From: Candidatus Fermentibacteraceae bacterium
GTDB lineage: Bacteria > Fermentibacterota > Fermentibacteria > Fermentibacterales > JCC-6
Assembly: GCA_041750285.1 (NCBI GenBank)
Contig: JBGSZS010000007.1
Location: 207,700 to 271,699 of the forward strand
Direction: 5' to 3'
DNA length: 64,000 bases
The notes beneath the pieces are model-generated. The model saw only the letters and a program-made list of their open reading frames with translations, made no database searches and had not been told where the DNA came from. This document shows positions 38,976-49,365 of this stretch, piece after piece (within the stretch, counting starts at the first letter, position 1; each line of letters starts with the position of its first letter). The translations under genes were made by a program, and so were the position numbers.

Positions 38976-40687
38976 GACCCCCGCGTGAATGCCCGAGCGA
39001 ACGGCTCGGGGCAAGGCTCAAGCTCTGCATGCTCGTGAATCTCCTTTTCTTCATCCTCATCGTGTTCTCGCTGTTTCGGATACAGGTCCTGGACCATTCG
39101 AGGTGGAGTGCCCTGGCGGACGGCCAGAACACGGTCGTACTCGAGATTGAACCCGGCAGGGGCCGGATCTATGACCGAAACGGATACCTCGTGGCCGGAA
39201 ACGAATCCTTCGCCAGGTTCAGTGTTTACTGGCCGGAAGTTCCCGCTGATCAGGCCTCCGAGGTCGACCGGGTGGCCGGGCTTCTCTCCGGGGCAGGTTT
39301 TCCCGTGCCGCTTGACCGGAAACCGGGCTACCAGGTTCTCGCCGACGACGTTCCCTACCCGGTTGCCCTCGAGATCATGAGCCAGGGTTCCAGAATGGTG
39401 AACTGCGCTGTGCTCAACCGTCGGGTGTACCCGATGGGCGATGTGATGATGCCTGTCATCGGCCGGTGCACTCCGGACAACACCGAGGGGCTGGAACTGC
39501 AGCTGAACTCGGTCCTCCAGGGGGTTCCTGGCCGAACCACACTCGAACGAAGCGCCTGGATGGGCTACAGCCTTCAGGACATCGAGTCGGAGAGCGTCCC
39601 GGCCCGGGACGGGCTGGACGTGATACTGACGATCGACGCCCGTTTCCAGGCCATCGCCCAGGAGGAGCTCGAGGCAGCGGTAATCCAGGCAGGGGCCGAG
39701 TGGGGCGCTGTTGTCGTCGTGGACCCCGGGAACGGTGACATCCTGGCGATGGCGAGCTACCCGGTCAGGGACGAGAACGGAGCTCCCGCAAGGAACAACT
39801 GCGTCCAGAGCAATCACGAACCGGGCAGCACGTTCAAGGCCTTCACACTGGCTGCCGGCCTGTCCGAGGGGCTCGTATCCCTTTCCGACAGCTTCGACGT
39901 GTCGCGGGGGTGGATGGAGGTCTCGGGAGTAAGGATCCATGACAGCCACCACATAGACAGCATTCTCAGCCTTACCCAGGTGATCTCGCTGAGCAGCAAC
40001 GTGGGCACGGTGATGATGGCAAGAGCCATTCCCGACTCAATCCTGTACAACTACTGCCGTGATTTCGGCTTCGGCCGCGCAACGGGAGTTGAACTCCCGG
40101 GCGAGCTTGACGGGGTTCTCTATCCGCCGTCCAGGTGGTCCGGAGTATCGAGGGCGAACCTGGCCATAGGGCAGGAGATCTGCGTAACACCGCTTCAGCT
40201 TGCCATGGCATACAGCGCCATTGCCAACGGGGGAATCCTCTATGGCCCCAGGCTCGTGTCCGCGACCGGGTCGGACGGAGAGTGGAGTCACTGGAACGTC
40301 TTTGAGAGGGGCAGGGTGATCTCCCCCGAGACCGCCGCGCAGATACGGAGCATTCTCACAACCGCGGTGGAGGAGGGCACGGGCACCTCCGCGATGATCC
40401 CGGGTGTGAGGATTGCCGGCAAGACGGGTACTGCGGAGAGGCTCGCCCTGGGCGACAACATGTATCTCTCCGCCTTCGCGGGAATGGTTCCTGCCGAGAA
40501 TCCCGAGATCGTTGCCGTGGTTGTCATCGACCAGCCTTCCTACGCTTACCGCTGGGGAAGCACGCTCGCAGCCCCGGCTTTCCAGAGGATCGTTTCGAGG
40601 ATGCTCTCCTCCGATCCGGACATGGCCCTCTCCCCGCAGGGCAGCGGCGAAGGCATGCTGGCTTCGGGATGGGAGGCGGCCCGGTGA
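38972..40687 (+). CDS. ftsI: Division transpeptidase PBP3
   Basis: RGRIYDRNG, EPGSTFK (SxxK), SSN, GQ....TPLQ, KTGT. Confidence 0.92.
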   Translation: MRPPRECPSERLGARLKLCMLVNLLFFILIVFSLFRIQVLDHSRWSALADGQNTVVLEIEPGRGRIYDRNGYLVAGNESFARFSVYWPEVPADQASEVDRVAGLLSGAGFPVPLDRKPGYQVLADDVPYPVALEIMSQGSRMVNCAVLNRRVYPMGDVMMPVIGRCTPDNTEGLELQLNSVLQGVPGRTTLERSAWMGYSLQDIESESVPARDGLDVILTIDARFQAIAQEELEAAVIQAGAEWGAVVVVDPGNGDILAMASYPVRDENGAPARNNCVQSNHEPGSTFKAFTLAAGLSEGLVSLSDSFDVSRGWMEVSGVRIHDSHHIDSILSLTQVISLSSNVGTVMMARAIPDSILYNYCRDFGFGRATGVELPGELDGVLYPPSRWSGVSRANLAIGQEICVTPLQLAMAYSAIANGGILYGPRLVSATGSDGEWSHWNVFERGRVISPETAAQIRSILTTAVEEGTGTSAMIPGVRIAGKTGTAERLALGDNMYLSAFAGMVPAENPEIVAVVVIDQPSYAYRWGSTLAAPAFQRIVSRMLSSDPDMALSPQGSGEGMLASGWEAAR

Positions 40688-42123
40688 GACTTGCAGCCCT
40701 TCTTCACGGCCTGGGAATGGAAACCGGCGCCCGCGACCCCGAAGTGACACTTGTCACCGCCGATTCCAGGACCGTTGTTCATGGAGCCCTGTTCGTCGCT
40801 GTCAGGGGGTTCAGCACCGACGGCCACCTGCATGTCTCCGAAGCCATTTCCGCCGGCGCGGCCGCCGTGATCACGGAGATTCCCCTCGACAGCTCATCCG
40901 GGAGTGTCATCCTGAACCCTGCGGGAGACAACAGAAAGCTCCTGTCTCTCCTGGCGGCACGCTTCTACCGCGAACCATGGGCGGATCTGACGACGGCCGG
41001 CATCACGGGAACCAACGGCAAGACCAGCACTGCGCACATGCTTGCCTGGATACTCAGGTCCGCCGGGCATCCGACAGGGGTTCTCGGCACGGTTGGACAC
41101 ACCGTTGCCGGAAGCTTCGTGCCCGCGGATGTGACCACCCCTGACGCCCTGGAGACGGCCCGGCTTATGAGGGCAATGGTCGATCAGGGGGACAGGGCCT
41201 GCGTAATGGAGGTTTCGAGCCACGCCCTCTCCCTGGCCCGGGTTGATCAGGTCAGGTTCGATGCCGCGGTGTTCACGAACATCAGCCAGGACCACCTGGA
41301 TTTTCACGGAAACATGGACGACTATCTCAAGGCGAAGCTCCATCTGCTCGACCTCCTCAAACCCGGCGCCACGCCGGTGATGGGCAGCGCCTCACGGGAG
41401 TGGGCGGGAACGCCCGGCGCCATCTTCTTCGGAAGCAGTCCAGGGGACGATTTCATGGTGAGCAGCGCCAGGACCGGGATAGACGGCTCGCGCTTCACGC
41501 TCGACTCACCCGGGGGCAGTTTCGATGTCGTCCTCAGGGCTCCCGGAACCTTCAGCATCGTGAATGCCGCCGGTTCGATAGCCGCTGCTTCGGTCCTGGG
41601 CATTCCGGTGGAGAAGTCGGTCGCCGCACTGTCAAGCTTTTCCGGCGTTCCGGGGAGGATGGAGAGGGTCGGGGGCGCTGATGGTTTTCTAGTTGCAGTC
41701 GACTACGCCCATACCCCGGATGCCCTTGAAAGGGTTCTCACACAGGGAAGGGACCTTGCCGAAGGCAGGCTGATATCCGTTTTCGGCTGCGGAGGCGACC
41801 GCGACCCCGGCAAAAGGCCCCTGATGGGCGCCATCTCCAGAAGGCTCGCGGGCATATCCGTGGTCACCAGCGACAATCCCAGGACCGAAGACCCCATGAA
41901 GATCATCCGGGGGATACTCTCGGGAATGGGCGACATGGAGAGCGTCATCGTTGAGCCCGACCGCCGCAAGGCAATCAGACTGGCTGTTTCCATCGCCCGT
42001 CCCGGCGACGTGGTGATCATCGCGGGCAAGGGCCACGAGGACTATCAGATCCTGGGCACCGGGAAGATCCACTTCGATGACCGCGAGGAAGCGATGAACG
42101 CTTTGAGGGAGCTTTCGCGATGA
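40684..42123 (+). CDS. murE: UDP-MurNAc-dipeptide:meso-DAP ligase
   Basis: GITGTNGKT, TTP, MEVSSH, DHLDFH, DYAHTPD, FGCGGDRD, SDNPR (DAP specificity), AGKGHE. Confidence 0.96.
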   Translation: MRLAALLHGLGMETGARDPEVTLVTADSRTVVHGALFVAVRGFSTDGHLHVSEAISAGAAAVITEIPLDSSSGSVILNPAGDNRKLLSLLAARFYREPWADLTTAGITGTNGKTSTAHMLAWILRSAGHPTGVLGTVGHTVAGSFVPADVTTPDALETARLMRAMVDQGDRACVMEVSSHALSLARVDQVRFDAAVFTNISQDHLDFHGNMDDYLKAKLHLLDLLKPGATPVMGSASREWAGTPGAIFFGSSPGDDFMVSSARTGIDGSRFTLDSPGGSFDVVLRAPGTFSIVNAAGSIAAASVLGIPVEKSVAALSSFSGVPGRMERVGGADGFLVAVDYAHTPDALERVLTQGRDLAEGRLISVFGCGGDRDPGKRPLMGAISRRLAGISVVTSDNPRTEDPMKIIRGILSGMGDMESVIVEPDRRKAIRLAVSIARPGDVVIIAGKGHEDYQILGTGKIHFDDREEAMNALRELSR

Positions 42124-43403
42124 GACTTGATTCACTGGCGCTGCATCTCGGTGTTTCGGGTGAAACCGACTACACCTTTGACAGGTGCATCATCGATTCC
42201 CGCAGCGCCGGTCCGGAGAGCCTTTTCTTCGCCCTGCCGGGAAGCAGGGCCGACGGACATGACTTCGTTCGCGACGCCCTTGCATCGGGTTCTGCCGCAG
42301 TGGTTTCCCGCGGGGGGTTTTCGGGCCCCGTCCTGCTGGTACCGGATGCCGCTGAAGCGCTTTTTCAGGCCGGGGTATGGGCAAGGTCGCAGTTCTCGTG
42401 TCCTGTGGCCGCGATCACGGGAAGCAGCGGCAAAACCACGACAAGGGAGCTTCTGATGCTCGCTCTGGGTTCGGTGATGAAGGTCGACGGAACCAGGGGA
42501 AACCTCAACAACAGGCTCGGCCTTCCCCTCTCCCTTCTGAACTCGTCGAAGGATGCGTCCGCTCTGGTTCTCGAACTGGGAATGAACCACGCCGGAGAGC
42601 TTCTGAGCCTGGGCGCAGCTGCCGCACCGGACCTGTCCGTGGTCACCAACGTGGGCACCGCCCACATTGAGTTCTTCGATTCAAGGGACGGCATCGCCCA
42701 CGCAAAGGCGGAACTCCTGAAAACTACAAGACCCGGTGGGATCGCCGTCATACCAGCCGGTGAGCCCATACTTCTCGAAGCCGCGAAGGATAGGGACCTC
42801 AGGGTGCACACCATGGGCCCCGGCGGCGACGCTTGGGTGGAGGACGGCGTTCTCATGCCATGGGGGCTCGTGCCCGGGCTGTCGATCCCGGGAGCGCACA
42901 ATCTAGGGAACGCACTTGCTGCAACGCTCTCGGCTGCGCTTCTGGGCGTCGATCCGGAGAAAGCCGTAAAGGCAATGGAGGGATACCTGGGAATGCCCGG
43001 CCGGGGAAGGGTCCTCAACAGGGCCGGATTCACGGTCTACGACGAAAGCTACAACGCCAATCCCGATTCGACGATGGCCTGTCTGGAACTGCTTGCCGGA
43101 TCACGCGAAAAGGGGATCGCCGTTCTGGGAGACATGCTGGAACTGGGAGGCCTGTCCATCGAAGCTCACCGGCTTGTTCTGGAAAGGGCTCTGGAAATGG
43201 GCCTTCGCCTCGTGATTCTCGTGGGGTCCGAGTTTGGGAGGGTCTTGCGTGCAGGTCAGGGCGCTGCCTGGGTCCCCGATGCCGGAGAGGCCCTTGAACT
43301 GCTCAAGGCGTCCGTACGGGAAGGCGACCGGGTACTCGTGAAGGGAAGCCATTCGATCGGGCTCGATTCAGTGGTCCGCGGGATCGCCGGAGAGGGGTGC
43401 TGA
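42120..43403 (+). CDS. murF: UDP-MurNAc-tripeptide:D-Ala-D-Ala ligase
   Basis: ITGS.GKTTT, GN.NN..G.P, ELGMNH.GE, YNANP.S, GDM.ELG, VLVKGS. Confidence 0.95.
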   Translation: MRLDSLALHLGVSGETDYTFDRCIIDSRSAGPESLFFALPGSRADGHDFVRDALASGSAAVVSRGGFSGPVLLVPDAAEALFQAGVWARSQFSCPVAAITGSSGKTTTRELLMLALGSVMKVDGTRGNLNNRLGLPLSLLNSSKDASALVLELGMNHAGELLSLGAAAAPDLSVVTNVGTAHIEFFDSRDGIAHAKAELLKTTRPGGIAVIPAGEPILLEAAKDRDLRVHTMGPGGDAWVEDGVLMPWGLVPGLSIPGAHNLGNALAATLSAALLGVDPEKAVKAMEGYLGMPGRGRVLNRAGFTVYDESYNANPDSTMACLELLAGSREKGIAVLGDMLELGGLSIEAHRLVLERALEMGLRLVILVGSEFGRVLRAGQGAAWVPDAGEALELLKASVREGDRVLVKGSHSIGLDSVVRGIAGEGC

Positions 43404-44560
43404 TGTTTTACTGGCTGCTCTACCCTTTGAGGGATGCCACCGGCTTCTTCAACCTTTTCGGCTACATCACCGTCCGCACTGCCGGGGCAACCATCACCGC
43501 GCTGATAACGGGCTTTCTGGTGGCTCCGGGCATCATCCGCATGCTGACACGCAGGCAGATCGGGCAGGAAGTGCGTGATGACGGCCCGAAAAGCCATCTG
43601 TCCAAGCGGGGGACCCCGACGATGGGTGGCGTCATCATCCTTCTCGCGGTCTTTTTCCCCGTTCTGCTGTGGGGCCGTCTGGACAGCACCCCGCTTCTCG
43701 TGGTTCTCACAAGCACTCTCTGGATGGGTCTCATCGGCCTGCTCGACGACTATCTGAAAACGGTCAGGAAGTCGTCCAAGGGACTCGTCGGGCGGTACAA
43801 GCTTCTGGGGCAGTGCGCCCTCGGTCTCGGGATAGGGATCTGGCTCTACTTCACGCCCCCCCAGCCCCAGTACGGTCCCCATGAAGAATCGATCGTTCCG
43901 GGTTTCAGAACCGTCGAGCTGGACTCGGGTGAGATAACCATCTTTTCCACAGAGACTACGGTTCCGTTCTTCAAGGATATCCGGGTGGACTTCGGCATAC
44001 TGTACCTTCTGCTCGTGACGCTGGTACTGGCGGGGACGACCAACGCAGTCAACCTGACGGACGGGCTGGACGGCCTCGCCACGGGGGTCAGCCTGATCTC
44101 GATAATAACCTTCGGCGGTCTGGCGTATTTCCTCGGACATGCCAACTTCGCAAGCTACCTCCAGTTCTCGCACCTTCCCGGGGTGGGGGAACTCACCGTT
44201 TTCAGCGGGGCAATTGCCGGGGCCTGCCTGGCATTCCTCTGGTACAACGCTCCACCTGCACAGATCTTCATGGGCGACACCGGTTCGCTGGCGCTTGGCG
44301 GGGCAATCGGCTCCATGGCGGTCGTGACACGGAACGAGCTGCTGCTTTTCGTGGTGGGAGGGGTGTTCGTAGCGGAGACACTCAGTGTGATGATACAGGT
44401 CTGCCATTTCAGGAGGACCAGGAAGCGCTTCTTCCTGATGGCGCCCATTCACCACCATTTCGAACTCAAGGGCTGGGCGGAGAGCAAGGTCGTGGTCCGC
44501 TTCTGGATCATCGCGGCCATCCTTGGTCTTCTGGGCCTCAGCACCTTCAAGATAAGATAG
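43403..44560 (+). CDS. mraY: Phospho-MurNAc-pentapeptide transferase
   Basis: K.GTPTMGG, DDY.K, NAVNLTDGLDGL, FMGDTGSL, E.LSV..QV, MAPIHHHFE. Confidence 0.97.
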   Translation: MFYWLLYPLRDATGFFNLFGYITVRTAGATITALITGFLVAPGIIRMLTRRQIGQEVRDDGPKSHLSKRGTPTMGGVIILLAVFFPVLLWGRLDSTPLLVVLTSTLWMGLIGLLDDYLKTVRKSSKGLVGRYKLLGQCALGLGIGIWLYFTPPQPQYGPHEESIVPGFRTVELDSGEITIFSTETTVPFFKDIRVDFGILYLLLVTLVLAGTTNAVNLTDGLDGLATGVSLISIITFGGLAYFLGHANFASYLQFSHLPGVGELTVFSGAIAGACLAFLWYNAPPAQIFMGDTGSLALGGAIGSMAVVTRNELLLFVVGGVFVAETLSVMIQVCHFRRTRKRFFLMAPIHHHFELKGWAESKVVVRFWIIAAILGLLGLSTFKIR

Positions 44561-44577
44561 AAGCAGGGGTGAGCGGA

Positions 44578-45921
44578 ATGGCGTACTGGAACCAGGGCAG
44601 CGGAAGAAGGGTGGGCGTTGTGGGACTCGGCATCAGCGGTACAGCCGCCGCCGCCCTTCTGAAATCCCGGGGGTTCACGGTGACGGGGTTCGATTCCTCC
44701 ACAACCGTGGAGAAGCCGGAATCGGTTGACCGGATGGTGACCGGCCCCGGCCTGCCCGGTGAAGTGGAGTCCCTGGACGGCCTCGTGCTAAGCCCCGGGG
44801 TCAACCCGTGGTCGGGGATCGCGGGTGAGGCGAGAAGGCTTGGCATTCCCGTGATAGGCGAGGTCGAACTCGCTGCCGCCAACACGAACGCCGGTATCTA
44901 CGCAGTGACAGGATCCAACGGTAAGACGACCACCTGCGAGTGGCTCGGGTTCCTGCTGAGCCGGGCCGGCTACGGCGCCGTGGTGTGCGGGAACACCGGC
45001 TACGCTTTCAGCCGCGCCGTGCTCGAGAACCCGGGATCCGAGTCCTACGTTGTGGAGATATCCAGCTACCAGCTCGAGACTGTGGAGCGGTTCCGTCCCA
45101 GGGGGGCGGCGATCCTCAACATCACCCCCGATCACCTGGCAAGGCACGGCTCCATGGAGGGGTACGCCTCGGCGAAAGCCAGGATCTTCCTCAACCAGCA
45201 TTCCGAGGACATCACTGTGCTGAATGGCGATGACCCCAACCTTACCGGGCTTTTCGGAAGGAGCCGGGGAACCGAGATGGTCTTCAGCATGGAAAGGCCA
45301 CAGGACAGCGGTGCGTGGATCGACGGAAGCGGGATGCTTGTCCTCCGCTGGGACGGAGAAACCATGCCCGTGTTGGACAGCGCTCTGATAGGTCTTCCCG
45401 GAAGGCACAACCTCTACAACGCCCTGGCCGTTGCTTGTCTTGCGTACGGGGCGGGTGTGGCACCGAGCGAAATGGTTCAGGGCCTTGTGGAGTTCACGGG
45501 AGTAAGGCACCGGATCGAAACCATCTCAACGAACAATGGGATCACCTGGGTGAACGACTCCAAATCCACCAATCCGGATTCTCTGAGAGTGGCCCTCGAG
45601 GCCGCCTCGAAGCCCGTGATCCTTCTGGCCGGTGGAAGGGCGAAAGAAACCGACTACTCCGAACTGAAAGCACTTGTTTCTTCCCGAACCAGGCTGGTCA
45701 TCCTTTTCGGGGAGGCTGCCCAGATGCTTTCCGAGGCATGGAGCGGCATTCCCGCGCCGATCCTGGAGAGCGACCTTCCCGGCGCTGTGAGTGCCGCGCG
45801 CGCAAGGGCTGTTCCCGGAGACACCGTTCTGCTTTCGCCGGGCTGCGCCAGCTTCGACCAGTACCGCAATTTCGAGGAGCGGGGGGATCATTTCAGGAAA
45901 CTCGTGGAGGATCTGCAGTGA
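44578..45921 (+). CDS. murD: UDP-MurNAc-L-Ala:D-Glu ligase
   Basis: GLG.SG, SPG, TGSNGKTT, E.SSYQL, N..PDHL.RH, NDSK.TN, LLSPGCASFDQY.NFE.RG (GTG 44569 is an alternative start). Confidence 0.96.
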   Translation: MAYWNQGSGRRVGVVGLGISGTAAAALLKSRGFTVTGFDSSTTVEKPESVDRMVTGPGLPGEVESLDGLVLSPGVNPWSGIAGEARRLGIPVIGEVELAAANTNAGIYAVTGSNGKTTTCEWLGFLLSRAGYGAVVCGNTGYAFSRAVLENPGSESYVVEISSYQLETVERFRPRGAAILNITPDHLARHGSMEGYASAKARIFLNQHSEDITVLNGDDPNLTGLFGRSRGTEMVFSMERPQDSGAWIDGSGMLVLRWDGETMPVLDSALIGLPGRHNLYNALAVACLAYGAGVAPSEMVQGLVEFTGVRHRIETISTNNGITWVNDSKSTNPDSLRVALEAASKPVILLAGGRAKETDYSELKALVSSRTRLVILFGEAAQMLSEAWSGIPAPILESDLPGAVSAARARAVPGDTVLLSPGCASFDQYRNFEERGDHFRKLVEDLQ

Positions 45922-47024
45922 ACACCCTGACCCGCGACCGGAGCTTTCTTCTCTGGACCACCGGAATCATCATCGTTCTGGGGGTACTGGCGGTCTGGAC
46001 CGCAAGCACTTTCGCCTCGATGCGGTACAGTCCGACCGGAGACAGCCTTCATTTCCTCAAGGGCCATCTTTTGAGGATACTCGCGGGTCTGATAGCCGGA
46101 TTCCTCGCCTGGAAAGTGAAGCCGGCGGCAATACAGATCATCGCCGTTCCCGGCTACTTAATCTCTCTTGGTCTTCTGTCACTGACACTGATCATGTCGG
46201 GAAGCAGCATTGCCCCGGTGATCAATGGAAGCAGCCGGTGGCTGATCCTTGGGCCGGTGAGGCTTCTGCCCTCGGAGCTGATGAGGTTCGCATTCGTTCT
46301 CTTCTCGTCGTTCATGGTCTCCCGCGGGAGGTGGGATGCAAGAAAACCCGCCGACATGGCTGTCATGATCGCCAGCGCCCTGCTTCCCATGATGCTCATG
46401 CTGTTTCAGCCCGACTTCTCCGGTGCGGCCTTCATGGGAGCCGTTCTGATGGTGATGCTTCTCCTTGCGGGAGCCAGGTTCAGGCACATGGCCCTTCTGG
46501 GATTCGTGGCCCTGCTCCTTGCAACGGCTGCCGTGGTCACATCCCCCTACAGGCTCTCGAGGATAACCTCGGGCATGAACGAATCGGAGCTGTCCGGGGG
46601 CAGCTATCAGCCCCACCAGGCCTGCATCGCGCTTGGCAGCGGAGGTCTGCTGGGGCGTGGGCTGGGGAGGGGCAGGCAGCAGCGCGGTTTTCTGCCTGAA
46701 GCGTTCAGTGACTACATACTGGCGGTGATCGGTGAGGAAGCCGGCTTCGTGGGCACGGTTCTGGTCCTGGCCGGGTTGATGGCGATCTGCGCCGCCGGCT
46801 GGAGAATAGCTGCGGGTGCCGACACCCCGTTCTGCTCGATGACCTCCGGAGGCTTCACCTCCATCATCGCGATGGGCATCCTGATACATGCGGGAGTGGT
46901 TACCAAGCTCCTTCCTCCAACGGGCATTCCCCTTCCCCTCATGAGCTGGGGCGGCACGAGCATAGTCATGACGATGGCCGCGCTGGGGTTCCTCGCCGGA
47001 ACCGCGGGGAGGGCTGAATCATGA
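45918..47024 (+). CDS. ftsW: SEDS peptidoglycan polymerase FtsW
   Basis: NG..RW, PSE, QPD, YR..R, YQ...G.GG..G.G.G, LPE...DY, GEE.G, G..LP.MSWGG.S. Confidence 0.92.
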   Translation: MNTLTRDRSFLLWTTGIIIVLGVLAVWTASTFASMRYSPTGDSLHFLKGHLLRILAGLIAGFLAWKVKPAAIQIIAVPGYLISLGLLSLTLIMSGSSIAPVINGSSRWLILGPVRLLPSELMRFAFVLFSSFMVSRGRWDARKPADMAVMIASALLPMMLMLFQPDFSGAAFMGAVLMVMLLLAGARFRHMALLGFVALLLATAAVVTSPYRLSRITSGMNESELSGGSYQPHQACIALGSGGLLGRGLGRGRQQRGFLPEAFSDYILAVIGEEAGFVGTVLVLAGLMAICAAGWRIAAGADTPFCSMTSGGFTSIIAMGILIHAGVVTKLLPPTGIPLPLMSWGGTSIVMTMAALGFLAGTAGRAES

Positions 47025-48067
47025 AGAAAGTGCTCATTGCCGGAGGTGGAACTGGCGGGCACATCGCCCCTGCCCTGGCGGTCGGAAAACGGATCACTTG
47101 CGAAGGCTGGGCCGAGGTTTTCTATGCCGGGACGGAAAGACCGGTCGATGCGGCGATGTACGCCCCCGAGGGGGATCGCGCCCACACCCTCCGAAGCCCG
47201 AGGATAGACAAGGGGGCAAGGGTCCTGCTGCCATTCACGGGAACCGCTGCCCTCCTCAGGGCGGTGAGCCTGCTGAGAGGGCTCGGGTCTGACGCCGTGC
47301 TGGGAACCGGTGGTTACGCCTCGTTCTACTGCGTGGCTGCAGCCTGGCTCTGCGGCATACCCAGTGCAGTTCTCGATACGAATGCCATCCCCGGCCGCAG
47401 CAACAGGCTCGTCTCCAGGTTCGCGAAACTGGCCTTCGCCGCTTTTCCAGGCCAGGAGGGTCTTTTCCACTGCGCAGTGAGAACAGCGGGAATTCCGGTT
47501 CAGGACAGGCCGCGCCCCGTTGGCGCAAGGGCCCGTCTTGGATTCTCCGACGATGACAGGGTCGTTCTCTTCCTCGGGGGAAGTCAGGGCGCCAGAGCGG
47601 TGAACGACCTTGCCATGGCGTGTCCTCCGGGGATAAGTGTGCTGTTGCAGTGCGGCGAGTCGGACGAGAAGAGGGTGAGGGAGCGTGTGAAGGGCCGGGC
47701 CGGTTTCATCGCCGGGGGCTTTCTGGCAGACCTTTCGGACTGGTACGCCGCTGCTGACCTCGCCGTTGCCAGGGCCGGTGCCCAGACCCTTGCGGAGCTC
47801 TCCGGGTTCGGCGTCCCGACGGTGTTCATCCCATACCCCCACGCAGCCGATGACCATCAGGCTGCCAACGCAATGATGGCCGTCAGGGCTGGTGCCGCGC
47901 TCATGAAAAGGCAGGAAACACTTGAGCCGGAAGCATTCTGGATGGAATTGAAGGCGCTTCTGGATGACAGAAGGTCACTTTCTGGCATGGCCCTGGCAAT
48001 GAGCGGTCTTCTTCCCCGAAACGCCGCTCAGGTAGTCTCGGAAGAGCTCAGGAGGCTTTGCGGATGA
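47021..48067 (+). CDS. murG: Lipid II GlcNAc transferase
   Basis: GGGTGGH..P, GGYAS, N..PG.SN, GGSQGA, RAGA.T..E, P.P.A..DHQ..NA. Confidence 0.95.
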   Translation: MKKVLIAGGGTGGHIAPALAVGKRITCEGWAEVFYAGTERPVDAAMYAPEGDRAHTLRSPRIDKGARVLLPFTGTAALLRAVSLLRGLGSDAVLGTGGYASFYCVAAAWLCGIPSAVLDTNAIPGRSNRLVSRFAKLAFAAFPGQEGLFHCAVRTAGIPVQDRPRPVGARARLGFSDDDRVVLFLGGSQGARAVNDLAMACPPGISVLLQCGESDEKRVRERVKGRAGFIAGGFLADLSDWYAAADLAVARAGAQTLAELSGFGVPTVFIPYPHAADDHQAANAMMAVRAGAALMKRQETLEPEAFWMELKALLDDRRSLSGMALAMSGLLPRNAAQVVSEELRRLCG

Positions 48068-49365
48068 AGAGAATCCACCTCATGGGCATCAGGGGAGCGG
48101 GCATGAGCGCCCTGGCGGGCTGGTACGCTTCACTGGGCTGGGAGGTCACGGGTTGTGACCGCGACTCCGGTGATGACGGCGGACCGGCAGGCGCCAGGGT
48201 TTTCCAGGGTCATTCCACCAGCCACCTTGACGGTCAGGATGCCGTCGTTTTCTCAGCCGCGATCCCCGAGACCTCGCCCGAGCTTGTGGAGGCAAGGCGC
48301 AGGGGCATCACCCTTCTCCGTCGAAGCGAGGCCCTGGCGGAGCTTTCAGGCAAATGCACGACGCTGGCCGTCTCCGGCGCCCATGGCAAGACATCCACGA
48401 CTTCCATGACCGGGTGGATACTGCAGGAGGCCGGATTGAACCCCACCGTGTTCCTTGGGGGGGGCATGACCGCGTGGAACGGCAACTTCCGCCCCGGTGG
48501 CAGTCTTGCGGTGGTGGAGGCCGACGAGTACGACAGGGCTTTCCTCCGCCTGAGGGCATCCCATGCCGCGGTCACGACCTTCGACCTCGAGCATCTGGAG
48601 TGCTACGGATCGCCAGAAGCCCTTGAGTGGGCCTTTGAGGTCTTTCTGGAGCTCACGCTTCCGGGCGGAACGGTGGCGGTTCCGGTCGAAAAACCTTCAC
48701 TTGCCCGCCACGCCGCCAGGATTGGCCGGCGTGTCGTCACCTGCGGTCCCGGAGGAGACTACGACCTCGTGCCGTTCTCACCCACGGGATGGGGAATGAA
48801 CTACGAGTACGGAGGCTTGCCGGGAGTCTTGCCCGCTCCGGGTATCCACAACCTCAGAAACGCCGCAACCGCGATTGCACTATCCCATGCGGCCGGTGTT
48901 CAGCCCGTGGAAGCCATGAAGGCCCTCTCTTCCTGGCCCGGAGTGCAGAGGCGCCTGGAAAGGCTTGGCACTCTTGGACAGACCGTTTTCCTGACCGACT
49001 ACGCCCATCACCCGACCGAAATGGCAGCCTCCCTCTCCGCGGTGACCGGGGCCGTGAACGGGCCGGTGGACGTGGTCTTCCAGCCCCACCTATTCAGCCG
49101 CACGGGTATGCTTCACAAGGAGATGGCGGAATCTATGGCGTCGGCCCGGAACGTCTGGGTCCTGCCGGTCTACCCGTCCAGGGAGGACCCAGTACCCGGC
49201 GTGACCTCCGAGTTGATCATTGCCTCGTCAGGGGGACGGTTCAGGCAGGTCTCCGAGGAGCGCATCCCGGAATTGATGAAAACCTCGGATGCTTCGGCTC
49301 TGGTCTTCATGGGTGCCGGCAGCGTTGATGGCATGGCTAGAAAGGCATTTGGAGAACTCGTATGA
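48064..49365 (+). CDS. murC: UDP-MurNAc:L-Ala ligase
   Basis: IH..GI.G.GMS.LA, G.HGKT.TT, EADEYD, DYAHHPTE, FQPH.FSRT, MGAG. Confidence 0.95.
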   Translation: MKRIHLMGIRGAGMSALAGWYASLGWEVTGCDRDSGDDGGPAGARVFQGHSTSHLDGQDAVVFSAAIPETSPELVEARRRGITLLRRSEALAELSGKCTTLAVSGAHGKTSTTSMTGWILQEAGLNPTVFLGGGMTAWNGNFRPGGSLAVVEADEYDRAFLRLRASHAAVTTFDLEHLECYGSPEALEWAFEVFLELTLPGGTVAVPVEKPSLARHAARIGRRVVTCGPGGDYDLVPFSPTGWGMNYEYGGLPGVLPAPGIHNLRNAATAIALSHAAGVQPVEAMKALSSWPGVQRRLERLGTLGQTVFLTDYAHHPTEMAASLSAVTGAVNGPVDVVFQPHLFSRTGMLHKEMAESMASARNVWVLPVYPSREDPVPGVTSELIIASSGGRFRQVSEERIPELMKTSDASALVFMGAGSVDGMARKAFGELV